Assembly (NCBI GenBank): GCA_964016885.1
Contig: OZ024745.1
Location: forward strand, 90,458,001 to 90,522,000
Direction of reading: 5' to 3'
Length of the DNA: 64,000 nucleotides
DNA from: Eledone cirrhosa
Taxonomy: Eukaryota
Shown piece after piece: positions 1-16,094 of this stretch. Each line of letters starts with the position of its first letter. Position 1 is the first letter of the stretch. The notes beneath the pieces were generated by a model. It was not told the DNA's origin. It ran no database searches and saw nothing but the letters and a program-made list of their open reading frames with translations. The translations under genes were made by a program, and so were the position numbers.

Positions 1-484
1 TACATCCACATACTTCAACAATCATCAACATCATTAGCATCAACACATATCATGCCTCGCTCACAGATCGACTATTATACCCCCCCCCCCACCCCAGTCT
101 GCCTTACCCTGTAACACACCGTAACTTCTGATCATGTAATCATCTTGTCGAACATATCACCCCAGTACCACCACCACCACCACCATAACCACAACACACA
201 TCGCCATACGTCCATAAACTCTTCTCCCCCGCGTTCCCTATGTCACCTTTTAACCGGTAACCCATCGCACCATTCGATCCTGTATATAATTTTGTCGCTC
301 ACAACTCCACCACCACCACCACAAGACACAACTCCATACTTCATCAACACCACCAACACATACCTCCACTCCCCAACCAACGCAAGTGTGTGTGTCTGTG
401 TGTAAGTATTTTTTACATATACGGGCGTATAAATATGCGTGCGTGTACGCATATTTATATGTATATATATATGTGTATGTGCAC

Positions 485-515
<31 letters not shown>

Positions 516-624
516 TAGGTATTGAAATTTCCGTTGAAAACAGAAAACGTCATAGAAGTGAAGAGTGCTCTATGTAAGTACCAGAGCAAAATTTAATGTA
601 TAAAAATCAATACAATATAATTAC

Positions 625-692
625 CTCATTACCAGAGGTTTCCCGAATGAGGCGAATACGAAAGAAACGTCTTCATTCGTTCGTCAGACGAG
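625..692 (-). ncRNA. Minimal type I hammerhead ribozyme motif (Penelope pLTR-type)
   Basis: Minus strand reads ctcgt-CTGACGA-a-cgaatga...tcattcg-g-GAAAC-ctctg-GTA-atgag. Stem I ctcgt/atgag, stem II cgaatga/tcattcg, intact core. Confidence 0.75.
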
Positions 693-804
693 CAACCAAT
701 CACATTCTTTCTGGCTTGACCACAGCCACATAGCGATTCTTAGCCATTTTTGAATCTATTTTTGGCGGGATCGGATTGAAAAACTAGATGTCTGATTTTG
801 AGTT

Positions 805-883
805 TGTCTCCTGATGAATCCTAACTCAGGACATTCCTATTATTTGGATGTCTAAAAATAAGGAAGAAACCATGGTAGAGATA
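805..883 (+). ncRNA. Minimal type I hammerhead ribozyme motif
   Basis: tgtctc-CTGATGA-a-tcct..ggacattc/ggatgtct..agga-a-GAAAC-catg-GTA-gagata. Stem III is the palindrome ACCATGGT, typical of PLE hammerheads. Confidence 0.75.
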
Positions 884-1159
884 TAATTACGGTATGTGCG
901 CATTTCTTCTAAGTTTAATTTTACACCTAATTGTGTATGGTTGATAGTATATTTAGTCAGTTTCTACATGCTGTCGAAATGTTGGATAAATACTCGATTG
1001 AGGCCGCCGCGAAGAGGCTACGTTCGGTTATTTGTCGGAGATTTCTCCATAAGAGCATTTATTCTTATAGCTTGTTCTAATTGATTATTTATATGGTTAA
1101 TTATGCTAATTAGAAGAAGAAATAGTATATATTTTATCTGATGATTCTAAAGACATGAT

Positions 1160-1287
1160 TTATGATATATATATATGTGTATGTATGTGTATGTATGTGT
1201 GTGTGTATGTGTATGTCTACATATATGTATATAGGTGAATCTGAGTGTATGTGTACGTGAGCTCGTATATGTGCATGTATGTGTATA

Positions 1288-1324
<37 letters not shown>

Positions 1325-1690
1325 ATATGTGTGTGTATATATATGTGTGAGTATACGTGTGTGTGAGTGTGTATGTGTATATTTCGTATACGTGCGTGTG
1401 CGTGCATGTGCCCATATCCACATGTGTGTATGAGTATATGTATGTGTATGTATATATGTATAACACCTTCCCTCCATCTTTGTCCATCGCCACCCCCACC
1501 GATACTCCCCCACTCTCCATATTTGTGTCCGCATGCGCGCATGCACATACATGTGTGTACATATACATATGGCTGTGTATGAGCGTGTGACGATATGTGA
1601 GGGCAAGGGTGTGCGTAAGTGTTTTGTGTTGTGTGTGTTTATACAACAATATATGTGCACATATATACATGTGTGTGTGTATACGGATAT
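1160..1690. repeat. Compound (TG)n/(TA)n/(TATG)n microsatellite
   Basis: Seen directly; source of the spurious Y/I/H/T/C/V ORFs. Confidence 0.9.
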
Positions 1691-2268
1691 ACAACGTATT
1701 TTTCAGACGAAGAGCGTCTAGCTATGTATCTATGTAAGGACCTGACGCCACCAATACATCCACCACACCACCACAAACGCCACTACCATAAACAACAACA
1801 CCACTACCACACACCCCCACACACGCCAACCCGTCTACTGACAATTCAGTAACCTCATACAACAGCCCATCCCACTAAGCGACCATAACCACCATCATAT
1901 CATCATATCCACCCCCACATACTCTACACGCCAAAGCCAACCCACCACTACCACACCACAGCCCATCTCATCCACCGATCGTCACCAACATCTCACCATC
2001 ACATCCACCCCCATATACACTACAGGCCAGTACATCGCCTTGATCTTTCCAACCAATCAAAACAACTCATTTTGTCAAACTCTTGAAACTCTGTCTTTAC
2101 CACATAACATGTATTTCATTTTCTTATAGCATTTTAAGAGAGTCCGTCGAGCTGCCGATTATTGAGTCGGGTAGGATCGATATAGATCGAACCTTGAGCT
2201 GATCAGTGGCGAAACGCGCGTCACCTATCAATAAATGCAATGAAGGAATAATCAATTGTCCTTGTTAT

Positions 2269-3165
<897 letters not shown>

Positions 3166-3180
3166 ATATATATATATATA

Positions 3181-3296
3181 TTCATTAGTTAAGCAAAACA
3201 AGACCACAAATTTCACAAGGAAGACATTATTAAAAGATTGTCAACATAGTTTTAGTTTAATGTAAGGAATGTAGAGAATAATAATAATAATAATAA
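3181..3296 (-). mobile_element. Distal 3' end of the Penelope-like element at 33366-35410, separated from it by the 30-kb nest
   Basis: Reverse complement of 36000-36085, where the same sequence is contiguous through a short (ATT)n with the pLTR hammerhead tail seen at 33411-33437. Confidence 0.75.
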
Positions 3297-3336
3297 TTGT
3301 TTCTACTTTAGGCACAAGGCCAGCAATTACCCAGTG

Positions 3337-3340
<4 letters not shown>
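3294..3340 (-). mobile_element. 3' fragment of tRNA-derived SINE with (ATT)n tail
   Basis: ttgtttctactttaggcacaaggccagcaattacccagtgcatt matches the SINE copies at 46588, 54807 and 48358 (reverse). Confidence 0.75.
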
Positions 3341-3396
<56 letters not shown>

Positions 3397-3397
<1 letters not shown>

Positions 3398-4023
3398 GGA
3401 GACTGTGGCTCACATTGTGTCCGAGTGTAAACACCTAGCCCAGACCCACTATAAGGGCTGGAGACACGATGTGATGGGCAGGGTGATCCACTGGCACCTG
3501 TGCAAAGTAAACAATTTACCACATTCTGAGAAATGGTATGAGCATAGGCCAGAGGCAGTGATGGAGAACAATCAGGTGAAGGTGCTGTGGGATTTTAGGA
3601 TACAGACGGACAAAAAAACTGGAACACAATAGACCTGACCTGGTGGTTGTGGACAAAGAAAAAAGATCGTGTCTTATTGTGGATGTGGCCTGCCCGTTCG
3701 ACACGAGAGTGCAAGAGAAGGAGAGGGAGAAAATTAACCGATACCAGGACCTAAAGTGGGAGGTGAAAAGGATTTGGAACTGCCATGAAGTCAAAGTGAT
3801 CCCGATTGTCATAGGCGCACTGGGGACTATCTCCAAAAGTTTCCAGGGATGGTTAAAGAAAATCGGCCCCTTCACGCTTTTTGGAACGCTTCAAAAGGCA
3901 TGCTTGCTTGGAACAGCAAGAACCCTCCGATACGTCCTGAATATCTGAGGCTGCAGGTAGTGGCTTGATATTCAATCCAACGGACTTTCCAGTTAACCAA
4001 CATCAATGACTGAGATTCAAGGA
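3397..4023 (+). mobile_element. R4/Dong-type RLE non-LTR retrotransposon, family A, copy A1 (severely 5'-truncated, frameshifted)
   Basis: ETVAHIVSEC, RHD, RPDLVVVD, KINRYQDL. 3' UTR near-identical to other A copies; flanked by (TAA)n. Confidence 0.9.
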
Positions 4024-4055
4024 ATAACAACAATAATAATAATAATAATAATAAA

Positions 4056-7000
4056 AGCAAAAAACGAGAAAAACAAACAGAGAAAAACAAAAACAAAAAA
4101 CGTAAAGAAAATAAGAATGAAGAGAGAAGCAGGCGGACGGACAGAGAAGAGGGGGGAAAAACTAAAACTAAAAAAAACAAAACTAAGTCAGACATTCGAA
4201 CACTACATTACAATGAAACATATGCTTATTCATTTTGGGGGCCCTTTCTGCCTGTGTGTTTGTTTGTTTATGTGTGTTCGTATACAGCGTGGTGATAATG
4301 CCACACAAGGGCCAAGTGGAACGGCGAATTCACAGATGGCTATGTAACCATACATTCGCCAATCCTCGATAAGAGTGTTTAAATATCGAACATAAACAGT
4401 TCGAATAACGGTGAAATGGAGACTAGAACGTCATGTGATAGACTCTCACCCAACAGGTGCCCACTGGCTCAGCAGCAGGAACCTGACTGTCAACCAAATA
4501 CTGCTGATGTTGGAGGAAGAAGAAGAAGGAAAGGGGCCAGAACCAACTGGACTAAAGAATTGAATAGAACTGTTATGCAATGTTACCTGAAAAGTAACCC
4601 CAAGGAGAAAGGCTACAGGAGACGGATGCATAACATCTGGAACGAGATTGGTCTATTTAAATTAGATGAACAAAAATTGGCCGGGCAGGCTCGGGTAATA
4701 AGAACTAATGGGTGGATAAGCGAGCTGGAACTGGAGGAACTGAGCAGAGAGAATGGCTTGGAGATGGCGGGTGTAGTATGCCAGACAAGCGAGCCAGTGG
4801 GAAATGAAGGTGAAGAGGTCCTGAGAACGGAGGAACCACCCGAAGCAGACAATGATCTGAATACTGAGATAAATAATACCTGGAACAGAGATACGGCCAC
4901 TGAGGAGATGAATGCTGACGGGCTAGGACAAGATTCGGTTTACATCCTAAATTTAGTGGTAGATGAATTGAACAATGATAGTGGGAGACCTATGAACCTA
5001 AGATTTGTAGACAGGAAAAAGTTAAAAGAAACAACAGCTAAGGTAAACAAAGTCATCCCATACCTTGAGGCGAGGAGCCTTCACCAGTGCAACAATATTC
5101 TCAAAGCAACAGCAAATACGGTGAGGAAACTACTTGGTATAAAAGCGATAGGAATCAACAGACAAGAAAGAGCAGAGCCGTGGTGGAAGAAACGACTGAG
5201 TGGGCAAATCGGGGAAATGAGAAATGACATAGGAAAGCTTGAGTCACTACTGAATGGGACACTAAAAAACATAGGCACTAAAAATAGACTGGAAATAAAG
5301 TACAAAACTAGGAGGAAAAAGCTAAATATTATCATAGAGGAACTGAAGCAACGCATTGTAGCAAAGAGTGCAAAAATCAGGCGATACGAGAACAGAGTCA
5401 GTCAGTATAAACAGAACCGCATGTTCGACAACAACCAGAAGATGCTGTTTGGACAGCTTGAGGGGAAAGAAAGAGGCAACGACTTGATCCCTGGGGCGGA
5501 GCAAACTAAAACATTCTGGAGAGGAATATGGGAGCAGGATGTTAGACATAATGTCCAGGCAGGGTGGATTGAGACAGTACAGAGGGAGATCGGTGAGCAG
5601 GCACACCAACAAACTGATTTGAGTATCACAGTTGAAACTCTTAAGGGGCAGGCCAAAAAACTAACCAACTGGAAATCACCAGGCCCAGATGGTGTGCAGG
5701 GGTATTGGATTAAAAATTTAACATCCCTCCACCCGAAGCTGACGGCCATGTTCAATGACTGCTTGGTGTCGGGTGAGGTGCCAGAGTGGTTGACAAAAGG
5801 TACCACAGTTCTGATAATGAAAGACCGAATCAAGGGTAATGATGTTACCAACTATAGACCTATCACATGTCTGTCCGTAATGTGGAAACTGTTGACGAGC
5901 ATTGTGTCTGAGGAAATCTACCATCACCTCCACACAAACAACTTGTTACCGGACGAACAGAAAGGATGCCGAAAGAAGTCACGTGGTACAAAGGACCAGT
6001 TACTTATTGATAAGATGGTGATGGGGAATTGCAGGAGGAGACACACTGATCTTGCCATGGGATGGATAGACTACAGAAAGGCATTTGACATGGTGCCTCA
6101 TTCTTGGATCACCAAAAGCCTGGAGATCTTCAGGGTGGCAGATAACATCAGACAGTTGCTGGGCAGGAGTATGGGGTCCTGGGAGACAGAGTTGACATCA
6201 ACTGGAGTATCCTTGGGAAGCGTGAGGATCAAGAGAGGTATCTTCCAGGGAGATAGCCTGTCCCCTCTGTTGTTTGTCCTTGCCCTGATGCCCTTGACCA
6301 TTATGCTGCGAAAAGTGAGAGCAGGATACAAGTTGGGAAAGGGAGAGCTTACCATCAATCACCTCCTCTTCATGGACGATCTTAAGCTCTTCGGGAAAAG
6401 TGAGAAGGAGTTGGATGTGCTTGTTGACACGGTCCGTATTTTCAGCAGTGATATATTTATGCAGTTTGGTATTAGTAAATGTGGAGTGATTGTGATGAAG
6501 AGGGGTAGGTTGAGCAGAAGTAGCGGGATCCAGATACCAACAGGTGAGATGATAAAGGAAATTGACTCTGAGGAAGGATACAAATATTTGGGCGTTCTGG
6601 AGGCTGATGGCATAAAGAACAAAAAAATGAAGGAATTGTTAAGAACTGAATACATTCCGAGAGTAAGGAGCGTATTGAAGTCACATCTGAACAGCAGAAA
6701 TGCCATAAGCGCAGTAAATTCCCGAGCTGTGTCTATTATTAGGTACAGTGCGGGAATTCTGAGATGGAATGTTGCTGAACAAAAAGAAATGGATAGGAAG
6801 ACTAGGAAGCTATTGACTATCTACAACATGTTCCACAAGAGGAGTGATGTCGATAGACTCTACCTAAGGAGATCTGAGGGTGGAAGAGGTCTTATCAGCA
6901 TAGAGGACTGTGTTCAGATGGAGAAAAACAACCTATACAAATACGTGACCTATAGTAAGGAGCCAATGCTCAGAACTGTACTGACGGAGGGGACAGTAGG

Positions 7001-7883
7001 CCAGGGGATGTCCAAGGTGGAAATAACATCAAGGAGGAAGAGCAGCCTTAAGGGAAAACCCCTTCATAGTACCTTCTTTGAGAAAACTGAATTTAGAGAT
7101 CCACAGACATGGAACTGGTTGAGAAGAGGAGACCTCAAAAAGGCTACAGAAGGAATGCTAATGGCTGCGCAGGAGCAGGCCCTCAAAACGAAGTGGTTGA
7201 AGCACCATATTTACAAGGAGGAGGCTAGCCCACTGTGCAGGATCTGTGGAGAGAGAGAGGAGACTGTGGCTCACATTGTGTCCGAGTGTAAACACCTAGC
7301 CTAGACCCACTATAAGGGCTGGAGACACGATGTGATGGGCAGGGTGATCCACTGGCACCTGTGCAAAGTAAACAATTTACCACACTCTGAGAAATGGTAT
7401 GAGCATAGGCCAGAGGCGGTGATGGAGAACAATCAGGTGAAGGTGCTGTGGGATTTTAGGATACAGACGGACAAAAAACTGGAACACAATAGACCTGACC
7501 TGGTGGTTGTGGACAAAGAAAAAAGATCGTGTCTGATTGTGGATGTGGCTTACCCTTTCGACACGAGACTGCAAGAGAAGGAGAGGGAGAAAATTAACCG
7601 ATACCAGGACCTAAAGTTGGAGGTGAAAAGGATTTGGAACTGCCATGAAGTCAAAGTGATCCCGATTGTCATAGGCGCACTGGGGACTATCTCCAAAAGT
7701 TTCCAGGGATGGTTAAAGAAAATCGGCCCCGTCACGCTTTTTGGAACGCTTCAAAAGGCATGCTTGCTTGGAACAGCAAGAACCCTCCGATACGTCCTGA
7801 ATATCTGAGGCTGCAGGTAGTGGCTTGATATTCATTCCAACGGACTTTCCAGTTGACCAACATCAATGACTGAGATTCAAGGA
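4056..7883 (+). mobile_element. Family A copy A2 (truncated within the 5' UTR, one nonsense codon)
   Basis: Near-identical to A6; (TAA)n on both sides. Confidence 0.92.
4416..7808 (+). pseudogene. RT-RLE polyprotein interrupted by TAG at 7302-7304 (CAG in other copies)
   Basis: ORFs 4416-7304 and 7332-7808 are in the same frame. RT motifs YRPITCL, WIDYRKAFD, QGDSLSPLLF, FMDD; CCHC; PD-D endonuclease. Confidence 0.9.
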
Positions 7884-7894
7884 ATAACAATAAC

Positions 7895-9650
<1,756 letters not shown>

Positions 9651-12600
9651 GGGAAGACGACGCACATGGTGGATAGAAGGACGTGAAATCGTTCCCGTAA
9701 GTTTTGATTTTTAACATATTTAAATCAATTGTGAAATAACAATTCTTAGTACAAATGATACATAAAGCATCCGACTTCAGTCTCAGAAAAATTCGGATCC
9801 ATAATATATTGTTATATCGCTCAAATATTCAATTTTGTATTATACATTTTATATTCAAAAAAGAAAATGTTTATAAATGGAAGAAAACTCCCTCTGTCTA
9901 CACTATATAGAACAGCCAAATAACAGCAATTTCACCAACACCAGAAACTAGATACACCACCTACCCCATCACCCCTCTGTGTACACTAAATACAACAGCC
10001 AGATAACGGCAATTTCACCACCACCACCACCACCAATCTCAGCATAATAATAATAATTACTATTATTATTGTCTCAAGTTTTAACAAAATGTTTAATTCC
10101 AATATTAAGGAAAATATGTCAACACATATACACGACTAACCCCATAGATTCACCGATCAAACAGAAATACAGTCTATTCAACAAAACTCAGTAACGACAA
10201 CGCCATCACTACAGTCACCGCCGCCGCCACCCATCCATCATTACTACCACTATCCCATCACCGCCGCCACCACTCCTTCATTGCTACCACTGCTATCCCC
10301 CCATTACCTTCTGTTAACTTACGAAATGGGGAAGTGGCGGTATCACTAGACAATATTAATAAACAAGATTAATATTTAATTTTGGATCAGGAATGTTATA
10401 GTCGAAAAGGAGGAAAATGGCAAAATGACTAAGTAACTAAAGATAATTTCACCACCAACACCACCACCACTACCACGATGAAAACTCTGGTCAAGTCGAC
10501 TCAACCGCTATTTCTACTCCAACTTCAACACCACCACTACAGTACTACGATTACATCACCACCACCACTGCCTCATTATCGCTACCGCCGCTATTCTCTC
10601 CCACTACCTCCTGCTAGTTGCTGCTAGCACAGCACCGCCACCACCACCACCACTGCCTCATTATCACTACCGCCGCTATTCTCTCCCGCTACCCCTGCTA
10701 CATCGTAGTGTCCCCACTAAAAGAGGAAGGCATCAAAATATATCAATAGACTGAATTAGAAATGACCCGGTCAAAATCAGGAAACCAAAAATCAAAATCA
10801 AAGCAGCACAGCAACAACGAAAAACGTAAAGAAAAGAAAAATGAAGAGAAAAACAAACAGATGGACAGAGAAGGGAAGGGGAAAAACTAAGTCAGACATT
10901 CAAACATTACATTACAATGAGACTTATGCTTATTCATTTTTTTTTGGGGGGGGGGGGCTGTTTGTTTGTTTGTTTATTTATGTTCGTCTACAGCGTTATA
11001 ATGCCACACAAAAAATCACTGGGAGTGACGAAATCACCGGTGGTTATGTAACCATACATTCGCCAATCCTCGATAAGAGTGTTTAAATGTCAAACCTAAA
11101 CAGTTCGAATAACGGTGAAATGGAGACTAGAATGTCATGTGATGACTCTCACCCAACAGGTGCTCCCTGGCTCAGCAGCAGGGACCTGGCTGTCAACCAA
11201 ATACTGCTGGTGTCGGAGGAAGAAGAAGAAGGAAAGGGACCAGAACCAACTGGACGAAAGAATTGAATAGAACTGTTATGCAATGTTACCTGAAGAGTAA
11301 CCCCAAGGAGAAAGGCTATAGGAAACGGATGCATAACATCTGGAACGAGATTGGTCTATTTAAATTAGATGAACAAAAATTGGCCGGGCAGGCTCGGGTA
11401 ATAAGAACTAATGGGTGGATAAGCGAGCTGGAACTGGAGGAACTGAGCAGAGAGATTAGCTTGGAAATGGAGAGTAGAGTATGCCAGGCAAACGAGTCAG
11501 TGGGAAATGAAGGTGAAGAGGTCGAGAGAACGGAGGAACCACCCGAAGCAGACAATGATCTGAATGCTGACATAAATAATACCTGGAACAGAGATACGGC
11601 CACTGGGGAGATGAATGCTGACGGGCTAGGACAAGATTTGGTTGATATCCTAAACTTAGTGGTAGATGAATTGAACAATGATAGTGGGAGACCTATGAAT
11701 CTAAGATTTGTAGACAGGAAAAAGTTAAAAGAAACAACAGCTAAGGTAAACAAAGTCATCCCATACCTTGAGGCGAGGAGCCTTCACCAGTGCAACAATA
11801 TCCTCAAAGCAACAGCAAATACGGTGAGGAAAATACTTGGTATAAAAGCGAGAGGAAACAACAGACAAGAAAGACCAGAGCCTTGGTGGAAGAAACGACT
11901 GAGTGGTCAAACCAGGGAAATGAGAAATGACATTGGAAAGCTTGAGTCCCTACTGAATGGGACACTAAAAAACATAGACACTAAAAAACATAGACACTGG
12001 AAATAAAGTACAAAACTAGGAGGAAAAGGCTAAATATTATCATAGGGGAACTGAAGCAACGCATTGTAGCAAAGAGTGCAAAAATTAGGCGATACGAGAG
12101 CAGAGTCAGTCAGTATCGACAGAACCGCATGTTCGACAACAACCAGAAGATGCTGTTTGCACAGCTTGAAGGGAAAAAAGAGGCAACGACTTGATCCCTG
12201 ATGCGGAACAAACTAAAACATTCTGGAGAGGAATATGGGAGCAGGATGTTAAACATAATGACCAGGCAGTGTGGATTGAGACAGTACAGAAAGAGATTAG
12301 TGAACATGCACACCAACAAACTGATTTGAGTATCACAGTTGAAACTCTTATGGGGCAGGCCAAAAAACTAACCAACTGGAAATCACCAAGCCCAGATGGT
12401 GTGCAGGGGTATTGGATTAAAAATATAACATCCCTCCACCCGAAACTGACAACCATGTTCAATGACTGCTTGATGTCAGGTGAGGTACCAGAGTGGTTAA
12501 CAAAAGGTACCACAGTTCTGATAATGAAAGACCGAATCAAGGGTAATGATGTTACCAACTATAGACCTATCACATGTCTGTCCGTAATGTGGAAACTGTT

Positions 12601-14543
12601 GACAAGCATTATGTCTGAGGAAATCTACCATCACCTCCACACAAACAACTTGTTACCGGACGAACAGAAAGGATGCCGAAAGAAGTCACGTGGTACAAAG
12701 GACCAGTTACTTATTAATAAGATGGTAATGAGGAATTGCAAGAGGAGACACACTGGTCTTGCCATGGGATGGATAGACTACAAAAAGGCATTTGACATGG
12801 TGCCTCATTCTTGGATCACCAAAAGCCTGGAGATCTTCAGGGTGGCAGATAACATCAGACAGTTGTTGGGCAAAAGTATGAAGTGCGGGGAAACAGAGTT
12901 AACATCAACTGGAGAATCCTTGGGAAGCGTGAAGATCAAGAGAGGTATCTTCCAGGGAGATAGTCTGTCCCCTCTGTTGTTTGTCCTTGCCCTGATGCCC
13001 CTGACCAGTGTACTGCGAAAAGTGAGAGCAGGATACAGGTTGGGAAAGGGAGGGCTTACCATCAATCACCTCCTTTTCATGGACGATCTTAAGCTCTTCG
13101 GGAAGAGTGAGGAGTTGGATGTGCTGTTGACACTGTCCGTATTTTCAGCAATGATATATGTATGCAATTTGGTATTAGTAAGTGTGGAGTCATTATGATG
13201 AAGAGGGGTAAGTTGAGCAGAAGTAACGGAATCCAGGTACCAACAGGTGAGATGATAAAGGAAATTGACTCTGAAGAAGGATACAAGTATTTGGGTTTTC
13301 TGGAGGCTGATGATATCAAGAACAAAGAATTGAAGGAATTGATAAGAACTGAATACATTCGGAGAGTAAGGAGCGTATTAAAGTCACATCTGAACAGTAG
13401 GGATGCCATAAGTGCAGTAAATTCCCGAGCTGTGTCTTCCTGAGATGGAATGTTGCTGAACAAAAAGAAATGGATAGGAAGACTAGGAAGCTATTGACTA
13501 TCTACGACATGTTCCACAAGAGGAGTGATGTCGATAGACTCTACTTAAGGAGATCTGAAGGTGGAAGGGGTCTTATCAGCATAGAGGACTGTGTTCAGAT
13601 GGAGAAAAACAACCTACACAAATACGTGACTGAGAGTAAGGAGCCAATGCTCAGAACTGTACTGAAGGAGGGGACAATAGACCAGGGGATGTCCAAGGAG
13701 AAAGAGCAGCCTTCAGGAAAAATCCCTTCATAGTACCTTCTTTGAGAAAACTGAATTTAGAGATCCACAGACATGGAACTGGTTGAAAAGAGGACACCTT
13801 AAAAAGGCTACAGAAGGAATGTTAATGGCTGCGCAGGAGAAGGCCCTCAAAACGAAGTGGTTGAAACACCATATTTACAAGGAGGAGGCTAGCCCACTGT
13901 GCAGGATCTGTGGAGAGAGGAGACTGTGGCTCACATTGTATCCGAGTGTAAACATCTAGCCCAGACTCACTATAAGGGCTGGAGACATGATGTGATGGGC
14001 AGGGTGATCCACTGGCACCTATGCAAGGTAAACAATTTACCACATTCTGAGAAGTGGTATGAGCATAAGCAAGAGTCGGTGATAGAAAACGATCAGGTGA
14101 AGGTGCTGTGCGGTTTTAGGATACAGACGGACAAGAAACTGGAACACAATAGACCTGACCTGGTGGTTGTGGACAAAGAAAAAAGATCGTGCCTGATTGT
14201 GGATGTTGCTTGCCCATTCGACACGAGAGTGCAAGAGAAGGAGAGGGAGAAAATTAACCGATACCAGGACTTAGAGTGGGAGGTAAAAACGATTTGGAAC
14301 TTCCAAGAAGTCAAAGTGATCCCGATTGTCATAGGCGCACTAGGGACTATCTCAAAAGGTTTCCAGGGATGGTTAAAGAAAATTGGGCTCTTCACGCTTT
14401 TTGGAACGCTTCAAAAGGCATGCTTGCTGGGAACAGCAAGAACCCTCCGATACGTCCTGAATATCTGAGGCTGCAGGTAGTGGCTTGATATTCATTTCAA
14501 CAAACTTTCCAGTTAACTAACACCAATGACTGAGACTCAAAGA
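9651..14543 (+). mobile_element. Family A copy A4 (full-length, older, multiple frameshifts and deletions)
   Basis: Same 5' start gggaag as A6. ORF broken into 11263-12006, 12191-13198, 13162-13443, 13470-13733 and 13899-14468. Confidence 0.9.
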
Positions 14544-14545
14544 AA

Positions 14546-14622
<77 letters not shown>

Positions 14623-14631
14623 TAATGATAA

Positions 14632-16094
14632 TTGTTGACACTGTCCGTATTTTCAGCAGTGATATATGTATGCAGTTTGGTATTGGTAAATGTGGAATCA
14701 TTGTGATGAAGAGGGGTAGGTTGAGCAGAAGTAACGGGATCCAGATACCAACAGGTGAGATGATAAAGGAAATTGACTCTGAGGAAGGATACAAGTATTT
14801 GGGCGTTCTGGAGGCTGATGGCATAAAGAACAAAAAAATGAAGGAATTGTTAAGAACTGAATACATTCGGAGAGTAAGGAGCGTATTGAAGTCACATCTG
14901 AACAGCAGAAATGCCATAAGCGCAGTAAATTCCCGAGCTGTGTCTATTATTAGGTACAGTGCGGGAATTCTGAGATGGAATGTTGCTGAACAAAAAGAAA
15001 TGGATAGGAAGACTAGGAAGCTATTGACTATCTACAACATGTTCCACAAGAGGAGTGATGTCGATAGACTCTACCTAAGGAGATCTGAGGGTGGAAGAGG
15101 TCTTATCAGCATAGAGGACTGTGTTCAGATGGAGAAAAACAACCTATACAAATACGTGACCTATAGTAAGGAGCCAATGCTCAGAACTGTACTGAAGGAG
15201 GGGACAGTAGGCCAGGGGATGTCCAAGGAGGAAATAACATCAAGGAGGAAGAGCAGCCTTAAGGGAAAATCCCCACATAGTACCTTCTTTGAGAAAACTG
15301 AATTTAGAGATCCACAGACATGGAACTGGTTGAGAAGAGGAGACCTCAAAAAGGCTACAGAAGGAATGCTAATGGCTGCGCAGGAGCAGGCCCTCAAAAC
15401 GAAGTGGTTGAAGCACCATATCTACAAGGAGGAGGCTAGCCCACTGTGCAGGATCTGTGGAGAGAGAGAGGAGACTGTGGCTCACATTGTGTCCGAGTGT
15501 AAACACCTAGCCCAGACCCACTATAAGGGCTGGAGACACGATGTGATGGGCAGGGTGATCCACTGGCACCTGTGCAAAGTAAACAATCTACCACATTCTG
15601 AGAAATGGTATGAGCATAGGCCAGAGGCGGTGATGGAGAACAGTCAGGTGAAGGTGCTGTGGGATTTTAGGATACAGACGGACAAAAAACTGGAACACAA
15701 TAGACCTGACCTGGTGGTTGTGGACAAAGAAAAAAGATCGTGCCTGATTGTGGATGTGGCCTGCCCGTTCGACACGAGAGTGCAAGAGAAGGAGAGGGAG
15801 AAAATTAACCGATACCAGGACCTAAAGTGGGAGGTGAAAAGGATTTGGAACTGCCATGAAGTCAAAGTGATCCCGATTGTCATAGGCGCACTGGGGACTA
15901 TCTCCAAAGGTTTCCAGGGATGGTTAAAGAAAATCGGCCCCTTCACGCTTTTTGGAACGCTTCAAAAGGCATGCTTGCTTGGAACAGCAAGAACCCTCCG
16001 ATACGTCCTGAATATCTGAGGCTGCAGGTAGTGGCTTGATATTCAATCCAACGGACTTTCCAGTTAACCAACATCAATGACTGAGATTCAAGGA
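14632..16094 (+). mobile_element. Family A copy A5 (5'-truncated)
   Basis: Starts VDTVRIFSSD and is open to the stop at 16019; (TAA)n flanks. Confidence 0.92.

Noticed and set aside
2140-2228. Hammerhead at gaaacgcgcgtc
   Set aside because: Stem II and the GAAAC-gcgc-GTC half are good, but the core reads CCGTCGA and stem I is weak. Treated as a decayed remnant, not listed as a feature.
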